Shown here piece after piece: positions 53,062 through 64,000 of a stretch of DNA of 64,000 bases. This DNA is from Octopus sinensis (Eukaryota). The notes under the pieces are model-generated. The model did no database searches. It saw only the letters and a program-made list of their open reading frames with translations, and was not told the origin of the DNA. The stretch lies in the NCBI RefSeq assembly GCF_006345805.1, contig NC_043001.1, positions 21,204,001 through 21,268,000 of the forward strand. The letters are read 5' to 3'. The translations under genes and the position numbers were made by a program. The number at the start of each line of letters is the position of its first letter. Positions within the stretch are counted from its first letter, which is position 1.

Positions 53062-53224
53062 GAAAGGTTTCTTCCAGTTTTCGGCTACCAAATCCACTCA
53101 CAAGGTTTTGGCCAGCCCGAGGCTATAGTAGAAGATACTTGCCCAAGGTGCCACACAGTGGGACTGAACTTGGAACCATGTGGTAGGTAAGCAAGCTACC
53201 TACCACATAGCCACTCCGGCGCCT
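52330..53224 (-). mobile_element. SINE family A carrying a family B insertion (~52530-52998, -)
   Basis: A tail and head separated by a B/RTE 3' fragment. Confidence 0.75.
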
Positions 53225-53366
53225 TATTCATTAATAGTAAAACTTAAGTCTCAGTGAAATCAATAAATTTTACTCTACTAAATACAAAAAGTCCCACCAT
53301 CAATAAATGTTTCGGTTTCAACAAGATCAACCATACCATATGATGAACAATGATGATATATATACA

Positions 53367-53398
53367 TCAGCCGTTTGGTCAAGATCAAAGTGTAGTAT
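53367..53398 (+). pseudogene. U2 snRNA 5' fragment
   Basis: TCAGCCGTTTGGTCAAGATCAAAGTGTAGTAT matches the recalled U2 5' sequence TCGGCCTTTTGGCTAAGATCAAAGTGTAGTAT at 28/32 positions, including the branch-point recognition GTGTAGTA. Confidence 0.65.
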
Positions 53399-53793
53399 AA
53401 ATATGTATGATGTAATATAATATGAACACCACTAAAAATAACTTTGTTTTAATCAATATGCTAGCATATTTTTTTCTGTAGCTGTACATATTTCACAGCA
53501 CTTAGCATCTATTGTTCACAATAGTTAGTTGATCTCCCACTCCAACAGAATTGGCTCAATAGGCAACAGTCTAAATTTGTCAATACTTGTTATCACTGTA
53601 ACAAGTATATTCTAAAGAAAACCTAACTTTAAATTTTGAGTAAGTTTGGACTTTTTTTTATGAACATTTTATACGTATCCACTTTATTTTTGATTCAATT
53701 CTCGAAATTAAAAATCCACTTATTTGTCCACTTAAGTATGCCACAGCACTGTAAATAATATTACAAACACATTCACTGTATCCAATTTCATGC

Positions 53794-54858
53794 TTAATCC
53801 TTTTGATACCAACCCGGCTGAAACCGGCTCTGGTTCTGAGTACAAATGTCTTGTTTTCATAAATTTTGAATAAAAATCTTCCACAAAACCTTAGTCACAA
53901 TTAATGTTCCTAACACTAGCTTAATGGAAAGGTCACGAGGAATGCAGGCGTTGAGGATAGCAGCATTGGAGTGAAGATTGGAGGAAGAACTATTAATAAC
54001 CTTCACTATGCAGATGATACAACTCTGCTGGCAGAAAATAACAAGGGTCTAGAGAATCTTATCCTGCTAGTCAAGAAAGGGAGTGAGAAATTTGGGCTGT
54101 ACCTCAATGACAAGAAAACAAAGATCATTTCAACAGCAGCCACAACAAACATCAGCATCAAGATCGATAATGAAGAGATCGGAGTGGTTGATGATTTCAT
54201 CTTCCTTGGCTCCAAAATAAATCGAGATGCTAACTGCACTTCAGAAATGAGGCGGCGGATAGTACTAGGCAGAGAGGCAACGGTCAGCATGAGCAAGGTC
54301 TGGAAGAGTAGAGACATCAGACTCGCTACCAAATGCAGAGTGGTGAATGCAATTGTCTTCCCAATAGCAACATATGGATGCGAGACCTGGACAATAAAGA
54401 AAGCTGACCAGAAGAGAATTAATGCATTCGAGCTTCGGTGCTGGAGAAGACTCTTACGGATTCCATGGACAGCGAGGCTCACCAATGGAGAAGTTCTTAA
54501 CCAGATCAAGCCGAAACTGTCGCTAGAAGCTAGGATCACAATATGATTGATCATATTATGCGGAGAAAATCCCTGGAGAAGGACATCATGCTCGGAATGG
54601 TCAGTGGCGACCAAGAACCCGCTGGCTCGACACCATTAAGAGTGACACGGGAATGGCCATAGCCAATCTGAAAGAAGCGACCCAGGATAGAACTGGCTGG
54701 AGAACACTGATCCATTGAGTAACCGAGAGTCGACTTCGACTGAACGGATAGATAGATAGATAGATAGATAAGTTATTTTACTAAATTCTTTGTTATATTT
54801 AAAGTATTTGAAAGAAATACAGAGCATCTCAAAATAAATACAGTAACAAAAGGGTTAA
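53794..54858. mobile_element. TTAA MITE (family of 46662-46890) split by the RTE insertion
   Basis: Halves 53794-53926 and ~54769-54858 rejoin to the reverse complement of the 46.7 kb MITE. Confidence 0.85.
53927..54770 (+). mobile_element. 5'-truncated RTE/BovB-type LINE (RT C-terminal part, (GATA)n tail)
   Basis: ORF 53971-54546 contains INNLHYADDTTLLAE, FIFLGSKI, YGCETWT and AFELRCWRRLLRIPW. The reading frame breaks downstream; microsatellite tail. Confidence 0.92.
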
Positions 54859-56544
54859 TAGACATTTGTCACGTATCAAAGTTGATTGATCAGGTAAGCT
54901 GAACACAACTTTCCTTTACTATTGAGTATTTCTCATGAGGACAATTACAAAGAAAAAAAAAATCAATCAAATATCAAGATTAGTGGTTGGGCAACTTGTA
55001 CATATTTACCTAAGCTGCTGAGTTCCTTTTATGGTAGCGAAAATGATAAACTGTCTTTTGATAATGCTAATTTGAGGGAGTTGGTCAAATCAAGAAAGCT
55101 TTATCTCAACAAATTTTACAACAGCTGATATATTTACATTGATTTAGAAGTTCTTCAGCCCTATCACTTAGCAGTGCTCTATTCCTTACACCTTACTATT
55201 TACATTAGTTTGCTGATAACATTTCAATATATAGGTCACAAAAGGAATGTTGAATACAATTTTCTGATAGTTTCAGGCAAACTATTAAACGGATTCATTA
55301 TTGTGATAACTTTAGATGGGCATTATTTTTTTTTTATGGTTTAAGTCTTGAATATTTCTGAGAAATAAACACAGAGCACAATTAAAATACACACACATAT
55401 ATATATATTATAATGGGGGTGGCAAGTTTTATGGAGTTACCCTGGGTTTTTTGTCCATAAGGGGTTTGGCCTTACAGCATATCGTCTGACCCCATCTTGG
55501 AGTGTGCTTCTCCAGATGTATTTTTTTTCTACAAATTATATATATATGGTGCTGCTGGACTGGCTCCTGTGCAGGTGGCACGTAAAAATCACCATTTGAG
55601 CATGGCCATTGCCAGTACCGCCTGACTGGCCTCATGCCGGTGGAAAGTAAAAGCACCCACTACATTTTTGGAGTTGGTGTTAGGAAGGGCATCCAGCTGT
55701 AGAAACTCTGCCAGATCAGATTGGAGCCTGGTGCAGCCATCTGGTTTGCCAGTCCTCAATCAAATCGTCCAACACATGCTAGCATGGAAAGCGGACATTA
55801 AACGATGATGATGATATAAATAATACTAAAAGTCTGTGGTCACTTGCTTGCTTGTCTGTAATTTAATACAGCCAAACCAGTGTATAATGGGAAAATACTC
55901 TGAAAGTAAGGTAATCCTGAAAGGTGAATACAAACAGAATAAAATAAGTTTCGCATAAATCGGACCATGGATTCCCGAGATGCGTTTTATTTTAATTTGT
56001 TTCCACAAATTTAAGCAGTGAAACCTGGATAGTTTTGTTTGCATCGAAACCAGGAATCGAAACCACAATCTTATGATCATGATACTGACACCCTAACCAC
56101 TAAGCCACGTGCCTCCACATAATTGCCCATCCTACCAAACTTATTTACAGGAAAACTACATGCTTAGATGAAGTTCCTAAAACCATGAACCTCCACTGTG
56201 AATCTGAGCAGATTTTACATTCTCAACAAAGGTTTCTTATGTAAGCATAATACTTTAAGTTTGTTGGTCAAGAAATATGGGAAGTTGTAATATAAGGGCT
56301 TTATTTATTATTTTCCTGTTATTCTCCTGGGGAGAGTAATTTTCTTTTTGTGCCTTATAATTGACTCTCCCCAGACATAACAGAATAAGCTTCAACACAC
56401 GAAATCACAAAGAATCTTGCAAACCAAATCCCAAAACGAAACATACTTTTCCTGTTTTGTCATTCAACTGAAATCTTTGGATTTTTGAAGACTATTGTAA
56501 AATGTCAATGATAAACTGAAGAAAGCGCAAAATTCATGGTTATA

Positions 56545-56968
56545 TTCTTTTCTACTCTTGGCAAAGGCCCAACATTTTGGGGGAGGGATCCAATCAATTA
56601 GACTGACTCCAGTACACAACTGATACTTAATTTATTGACCCCGAAAGGATGAAAAGCAAAGTTGACCTTGGTGGAATTTGAACTCAGAACGTAAAAGACA
56701 GACGAAATACCACTAAGCATTTTGCCCAGCGTGCTAATGTTTCTTATTTCTTTATTGCCCACAAGGGGCTAACCATAGAGGGGACAAACAAGGGGATTAA
56801 ATCGATTAGATCGACCCCAGTGCGTAACTGGTACTTAATTTATCGACCCCCGAAAGGATGAAAGACAACGTCAACCTTGGCGGAATTTGAACTCAGAACA
56901 TAGAGGTAGACAAAATACCGCTAAGCATTTTGCCCCGTGTGCTAACATTTCTGCCAGCTCGCCGCTTT
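56545..56968 (-). mobile_element. Dimeric family C SINE
   Basis: Two C monomers in tandem with different tails; same layout at 11750-12135. Confidence 0.7.
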
Positions 56969-57390
56969 GATGGTTATAACATTGAATCATATTGCAAGTA
57001 TTGCTTATGAGTTTTAGAATAGAGATCTAGAGAAGATGTGACAGTTGTGTATACACTATATTAAAAAGAATGTACACACAAAATCATTAAAATGAAATTT
57101 GTGACTGTAAAAAAAAAAAAAGATCCTCTATGTAGCAATGGAATTAATAAATTGGAGAAATCACTTTTTATATTTCATGAAATTTCATCAATAGATTAGA
57201 ACTGACAACATCCTTGTAAAACATGATCAATGGAGCAGGCATAGCTGTGTGGTAAGAAGTTTATCAATCATATGGTTCTGAACCCAGTCCAACTGTGTGG
57301 CACCTTGAGCAAGTATCTTCTACTATAAGCCCAAGGCCAACTAAAGCCTTGTGAGAGGATCTGGTAAAAGGAAACTCAAAGAAGCTTGTC

Positions 57391-57391
57391 G

Positions 57392-57422
<31 letters not shown>

Positions 57423-57843
57423 TGTGTGTGTGCATATGTGTATGTGTGCATATGTGTGTGTGTGCATGTGTGCTTGCATATGTGTATGTATGTGCATGTG
57501 TGTGTGCATATGTGTGCATGCATATGTATGTGCATGCATATGTATGTGTATGCATATGTGTGTGTGTATGCATGTGTGTGTGTATGCATATGTGTGTGTG
57601 TATGCATATGTGTGTGTGTGTGTATGCATATGTGTGTGTATGCATATGTGTGTGTATGCATGTGTGTGTATGCATATGTGTGTGTGTGTGTATGCATATG
57701 TGTGTGTGTATGCATATGTGTGTGTGTATGCATATGTGTGTGTGTATGCATATGTGTGTGTGTGTATGCATATGTGTGTGTGTATGCATATGTGTGTGTA
57801 TGCATATGTGTGTGTATGCATATGTGTGTGTATGCATATGTGT
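57391..57843. repeat. (TG)n-TATGCATA minisatellite
   Basis: More than 20 variable units. Confidence 0.95.
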
Positions 57844-59312
57844 CTCCTTGCCTTGACATCATGTGATAGTTGTAAATGAGTGTCCCTGTCATGCAAATGA
57901 TGTCTTTTGTTTCCAGTCTTCTGTGAAAACTCATCTGGTCATGGGAAACAAATTGGGGTTGGTGACAGGAAGGGCATCCAGCTGTAGAAAAATCAACCTC
58001 AACAAATTCCATCTGACTCAAGCAAGCACGGAAAAGTGGACGTTTAAACAATGATGATGATCATCATATTTTCACCAAAGTAGTAAATAAAAAACTATAT
58101 CATATTTAAAAGAAGCAATTTACAAAAGTTGGGACATTTTAATTTAAATTATAACTGAAGTAATCAGCTTTAAAATTAAAAGAAATATTAAACCCCAAAA
58201 CTTGCAGATACTTCTGAACATTCAAACTCTTATAGAAAATAGAAATTGAGCGAATTTTTGAGACAAAAGAAAGATTTGAGGTAAACCAATAGAAGTAATC
58301 TAACGAAAAATCAGCTCATTTAATCAAGCTCGTTAGTGAACTAAATAGATCTTTGATTACAATGGAATTTTTCATTTACACGTGAACTTTGGTTAAGAGA
58401 TTTATGAATCACAACGAAGTGAGTTTTGATTTACCAAGGTAGACAATGCAACCAATGTAAAATTGCACACATTTGCACACATATTAAGCGTAAAATAATT
58501 CTGCATGTGTTGCAATATTTTTGGAAAAAATAAATCTAAAATTACTCAAGTAAATAGAGTTAAGTGTCTTGTTTAGAGACAAGATAATCAGCTCCAAAAA
58601 TAATTGTAAGCAATTAAGGCTGACAGCATACTATTTGCATGAGTTAAGCAATGTCCTTGGCACAGTTTCAAATGATAAGCAGATGATATTAGGTGAAAAT
58701 CTTTAAGCACTTTCTGATTCACAAATACTGTATTTTATATCTATATCTATATCTATACTTGGAAATAGGTAAAGGTTGGCAACGGGAAGAGCTTCTGGCT
58801 GTAGAAAATCTACTTCACCATATTTTGTCTCACCCATGCAAGCATGGAAAACAGTTAAATGATGAGGATGGTGAAGATGAAGTTGTTCCGATGAAGTGAA
58901 GAATTTTTTTTGATGTTGTGTGTAATTGGCAGGAAACACTGATAAAACACAGCTGAGATGATAAAATGCACTTTTGTGAATGAAATTGATTTTTGCAAGT
59001 TTTTTTTTTTTTTTTGATGGAGATTGTTTATTTAGAGATATATTTATATCTTATCACATAACGATTCACATTAATCTATCAGAGCATTAGGTAATGGAAA
59101 AGCATATTATACTGCTGACTATGGATAGGTCAAAACTACCTCTAATGTTGATATATTTTAAGTGGAAAATATTGATAAAGAACAACAAATGGTTGGACAG
59201 ATGAAGAAGGGATGAAAGTCCAGACATAAAATGTGGGTCAAATGATTTGGTGGGCTGGTAAAGAAACAGTTTTATGATCAGTTTAGAGCCTAGATAGCTC
59301 TTACTATACAAA

Positions 59313-59347
<35 letters not shown>

Positions 59348-59462
59348 AATAAAATAAATAAAACTATCTACAATATTCTGTTTCTGCATGCTTGGCTGTT
59401 TTGTCTGTGTGTTACACTTATGGCAAGGGAGATAATAACTTGAAGAGAGAATTATATAATAT

Positions 59463-59517
<55 letters not shown>

Positions 59518-59770
59518 ATCATGTGACCGACCAGACCATCAGATGTTGCTACACATCGCTGGTCACAATGCGCTTTGCATTGTTTTAGCCTTCGAATGAC
59601 ACCACCTTGTTGGCTAAGCGAGCAGGCCAATCATCATCATCATCATCATTTAGCGTCCGTTTTCCATGCTAGCATGGGTTGGACGGTTCAACTGGTCTGT
59701 GAAGCCGGAAGGCTTCATCAGGCCTAGTCAGATCTGGCAGTGTTTCTACGGCTGGATGCCCTTCCTAACG

Positions 59771-59811
<41 letters not shown>

Positions 59812-59815
<4 letters not shown>

Positions 59816-59981
59816 GAAATACGTAAAATATAAAAGTGTAACATCCACAGCTATTTGCTAACCAAGATTATTTCAACTATCTACTGATATATCTTTAATA
59901 TATCTTCATGACATTGTTCAACTTGATTTGAACACACAAATGCAGAATAATCTGGACATTCTCTCTCTCTCTCTATGTATG

Positions 59982-60030
<49 letters not shown>

Positions 60031-60178
60031 GTATATATGTATGTATATCATCATCATCATCGTCATTTAACGTCCGCTTTCCATCCGTCCAACCCATGCT
60101 AGCATGGAAAGCGGACGTTAAATGATGATGATGATGATGATATACATACATACATACATATATATACATATATATATA

Positions 60179-60212
<34 letters not shown>

Positions 60213-60393
60213 ATACATAGAGAGAGAGAGAGAGAATGTCCAGATTATTCTGCATTTGTGTGTTCAAATCAAGTTGAACAATGTCATGAAGATATATTAA
60301 AGATATATCAGTAGATAGTTGAATTAAAGTGAAATAATCTTGGTTAGCAAATAGCTGTGGATGTTACACTTTTATATTTTACGTATTTCAGAT
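59812..60393. repeat. ~580 bp inverted duplication centred on a family B tail
   Basis: Unique-looking sequence, microsatellites and the B tail are all mirrored around loop 60085-60103. Confidence 0.92.
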
Positions 60394-60849
60394 CAAATGC
60401 TGTGGCCATGTTGGTGGGCACCACTATAATTCTTTTTTTTTTCTTATATTAGGTTTAAGTACTTAATTATATGAGAATAGACAAATATATTACATCAGTA
60501 GAAGGAAAGTAGGTATGATATCTATATATCTATCTGTCTGTCTGTCTGTCTCTCTCTCTGTGTCTATCTCTCTCTCTCTCTGTCTATCTCTCTCTCTATC
60601 TATCTAGGTAGATAGATAGATAGATAAGTATACAAGTAAGTCTACAGATATCAATAAATATGTCTATAGAGAAATATACCAATAGATAAATAAGTAGCTA
60701 GGTAACTGAACTAAAATGAAATAAGAAATGAAAGTAATCTGAGTTGGTAACTAATATGGTCTTGGTGGTGGTTGAACAGTGAAAAGTATAGGTATTTTTT
60801 AATATATTTATTTTAAAAAGTTTTATCTTTCTAATTCAGCTTTATTTCC

Positions 60850-61074
60850 TTAACCCTTTAGTGTTTGCATTATTCTGCCAAAATTAATGCTTCTTCATCT
60901 ACATTATTTTGAATTAATCATGCATTATCTTGTAGCTATGAGATTTTGATGAGGTAACTGTTAATTTTTAAATATTGTAGGATTGGTGTGAGAGACCAGA
61001 TATGGCTAGTTTGAACATAAAAAAGGCAGAATATTTTTGGCCGGGTATGGCCGGTTTAAATGCTAAAGGGTTAA
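60850..61074. mobile_element. TTAA MITE family 2
   Basis: TTAACCCTTTAGTG...ATGCTAAAGGGTTAA. Confidence 0.8.
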
Positions 61075-61801
61075 ACTATAAAACACATCATACAGTCAAA
61101 CATTAAAAGAAGAAAAACAAGCAACACCTTCTAAGTTCATTTTGCTAATATTCAAAAGTACAGTTTTGGTTACATGGCAGGATTTCAAAAGAATCGTTTT
61201 GAAATTCTTTACTTGTATTTTAATTATATTAACATAATGTAAAGCCGACTTACATTGTGGAATTTCCAAGGGTCCTGCAAGTATCCATAATTACTATATG
61301 AAAATAACATGTAATTACCGAGTCACTCCACTAGGTAATTAAACCCTCGGTCATTTCGGTTAATAAACCATAAAAAAATGTCATACGTGATTAATGACAT
61401 AGATGGGTATAGCTGGTCTGATGTACAAACTGATAACCATGAGCTAGATTACACAACCTATATTTTCACAGGTGTGTCAGTGGGTTAAGACTGTAGAGAA
61501 ATTTTATTAGGACAGAAATAATAATAATAATGATGATCTTTAAAAAGTATGGAACTAGCAATGGCCTTCGCATTATTGAAGGTTATTTGCACCAAGACTT
61601 GTAAATGGAGAACAGCAGGAACAAAGAGATTGGGGATAATGAGAGAAACAGCTTTGATAATGTAGGCTACAAGAATTCAACCGATACTTCCCATAACAAG
61701 ATATTCCATTTGTTTTAGTTTTATTCTTCATCATCATTTAAAGTCTATTTTCCTTACATCAATATTTTATAACAAATTTATAAATATATATATATATATT
61801 T

Positions 61802-62199
61802 AGGCATAGGAGTGGCTGTGTGGTAAGTAGCTTGCTTACCAGCCACATGGTTCTGGGTTCAGTCCCACTGCGTGGCACCTTGGGTAAGTACCTTCTACTA
61901 TAGCCTCAGGTCAACTAAAGCCTTGTGAGTGAATTTGGTAGACGGAAACTGAAAGAAACCCTTCGTATATATGTATATGTGTGTATATGCTTGTTTGTCT
62001 GTGCTTGTCCCCCCAACATCGCTTGACAAACCTTGGTGGTGTGCTTACGTCCCAGTAACTTAGCAGTTCGGCAAAAGAGATCAATAGAATAAGTACTAGG
62101 CTTACAAAGAATAAGTCCTAGGGTTGATTTGCTCGACTAAAGGCAGTGCTCCAGCATGGCCACAGTCAAATGACAAACAAGTAAAAGAGTAAAAAGAGA

Positions 62200-62200
<1 letters not shown>
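61802..62200 (+). mobile_element. SINE family A
   Basis: Similarity to 149-551. Confidence 0.85.
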
Positions 62201-62231
<31 letters not shown>

Positions 62232-62236
<5 letters not shown>

Positions 62237-62405
62237 TAATCCAAACAAGAAAACACAAAAAAACACAGCAACGCAAGGACGTGGAACAAATAAAGTATTA
62301 TTGGACGCTCAGGAAAGAAGGGAAGAAGGAGGGTTTAACGTTTCGAGCAGAGCTCTTCGTCGGAAACATAGGAGAAGGAAAGATCCCGATAAGGGAAGAC
62401 AGAGG

Positions 62406-62436
<31 letters not shown>

Positions 62437-62460
62437 GCTGGCGGTGCTCATGAGGTCACA
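62232..62460 (-). mobile_element. (TA)n-adjacent short element with degenerate hammerhead-like motif (62333-62367)
   Basis: Minus strand: GUUU CCGACGA A GAGC-UCU-GCUC GAAA CGUU AAAC; core U4 changed to C. Confidence 0.5.
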
Positions 62461-62659
62461 ACACACACACACGAGTGAGTGGACAAATGAAAGAAGGGCA
62501 CAACACATTTATTGGGAGTTTCATGTATGGATCAAAACAGTTTGATTTAAATTTGTTGGTACTCCGAGTTCCAAGTGTGATGCTAATCTTCAACCATTTT
62601 GAATTCGAATGAGAGAAGTTGATTGTTATTACCATAAGGTGGGCTGCGATTGGTCGAAG

Positions 62660-62877
62660 AATGTTATGCGGTGTTGTGGTTTGATGCTGGTATACCAGCA
62701 ACAACAGTTACTCCTCAGTGAATATGGGAGTGGTTGTCTCTCCATTAGTGAATGTCTGACCAACAGTTTGCAGTGCAGAGACAACCACTAACATACTCAC
62801 TGAGGAATATTCAAATACCTCCAAGTAACTGTTGTTACTGATATACCAACATCAAACTGCAATGCCGCGTGACCTTC
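62660..62877. repeat. Imperfect long hairpin
   Basis: GCGGTGTTGTGGTTTGATG...CAGTTACT pairs with AGTAACTG...AATGCCGC; CCTCAGTGA...GTCTCT pairs with AGAGAC...TCACTGAGG. Confidence 0.85.
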
Positions 62878-63298
62878 CTATGCTTGCGTTTGTCCTTCAC
62901 CACTGCTTGAAAACCAGTGTTGGTATGTTTATGTCCCTATATTTTACCAGTTCAGCAAGAGATCAATAGAATAAGTATTAGGCTTAAAAAACAGCAAAAA
63001 AGTCCTGGGGTCAAATTGTTTGACTAAAACCCTTCAAGGCAGTGCCACAGCATGGCTGCAGTCAAATGACAGAAACAAGTAAGAGATAAAAGATTCAGCC
63101 CTGGGCTAACCAAAGCCTTCTGAGGGGATTTGGTAGAAGGAAGCTTAAAGAAATCAGTCATATGTATGTGTAAGTATATATCATGTAAACGACCACACTA
63201 TTGGGTGTTATACATCACAGGTCATACTTTGCATTGTTTTAGCTTTTGAATGATTCCACCCCGCTGGCAAGGCAAGCAGGCCAGTGTATATATATACA

Positions 63299-63485
63299 TA
63301 GGGAGAATTCACAAAAAAAAAAAACAAAGGATGAAGACAGGTGGTGTAGACAATAAACAGATGTATTAGTATAGTGCTCGGGAATTGAAAAAGTATTTAA
63401 CGTTTCGAGCCTATGCTCTTCCACAGAAAGAAACAAGGAGAGAAAATAAAGAATGTGTAGTGGCTAGCGCTCTATCATGGCGAAA
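63299..63485 (-). mobile_element. (TA)n-flanked short element with degenerate hammerhead-like motif (63395-63430)
   Basis: Minus strand: CUUU CUGUGGA A GAGC-AUAG-GCUC GAAA CGUU AAAU. Related to the 62.3 kb element. Confidence 0.5.
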
Positions 63486-63529
63486 TATATCTATATATAT
63501 TTATATACGAATACACATACATGAATATA

Positions 63530-63775
63530 TTTTTATATATGTATACATACACACACACACATAATACATAAATATATTTTTTTATATGTATACTCACACA
63601 CACACATGCATATATACATACATAAATATATTTTTAAATACGTATACACACACATACATATACGCATACATAAATATATTTTTAAATACGTATACACACA
63701 CATACATATACGCATACATAAATATATTTTTATATACGTATACACACACATACATATACATATATTTTTATATAA
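63530..63775. repeat. ~48 bp minisatellite, about 4 units
   Basis: CATACATAAATATATTTTT..ATACGTATACACACA repeats. Confidence 0.85.
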
Positions 63776-64000
63776 CGATTTAGGAGTGACCCCAACAGGT
63801 CACTCGTCCACCAGAAAGAGCAGCCATAACTCACACCGCCAAGTATTATTAATTCAGAAATTAGGTGAAAATTTAAAAACATTTACCCTAATTCATCCTT
63901 TTAGACGTTGCAACGTTTCTGTGTCATTAATGATTAAATTAGCTTAATTAAATTAAATTAAGCCAATCTACCATAGGTTACACTTCATCAGTAAAAGACC

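Noticed and set aside
54006-54614. 202 aa minus-strand ORF
   Set aside because: Antisense shadow of the RTE reverse transcriptase.
57264-58051. Long His/Thr- or Cys/Val-rich ORFs in several frames (also 31131-31794)
   Set aside because: Stop-free minisatellite or microsatellite sequence; no splice or domain support.

Overview
AT-rich, microsatellite- and SINE-dense animal DNA. The repeat landscape suggests an octopod cephalopod (inference). The main gene is a minus-strand orphan NR1-type nuclear receptor. Six coding exons at 46540->28308 splice in frame through GT-AG introns to about 388 aa, with a C4 zinc-finger DBD (P-box CEACKG) and an LBD with an intact AF-2. It is followed by a probable ~7.7 kb 3' UTR, and its first exon was not found. 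Near 9.3-11.6 kb there is a probable divergent promoter pair (CLEAR-like E-box and FoxO-type sites) with candidate first exons on both strands, plus a candidate coding exon at 670-793. The rest is mobile DNA: tRNA-derived SINE families, RTE and CR1/L2 LINE fragments, TTAA MITEs, Helitron pieces, foldback elements and local duplications. The most notable unexplained signal is a set of short (TA)n-associated elements carrying minimal hammerhead-ribozyme motifs (two with intact cores, two degenerate). Also notable are in-window evidence linking SINE families to partner LINEs, a ~96 bp target-site duplication, and long hairpins inside the receptor transcript. No CRISPR array or prokaryotic system is present.
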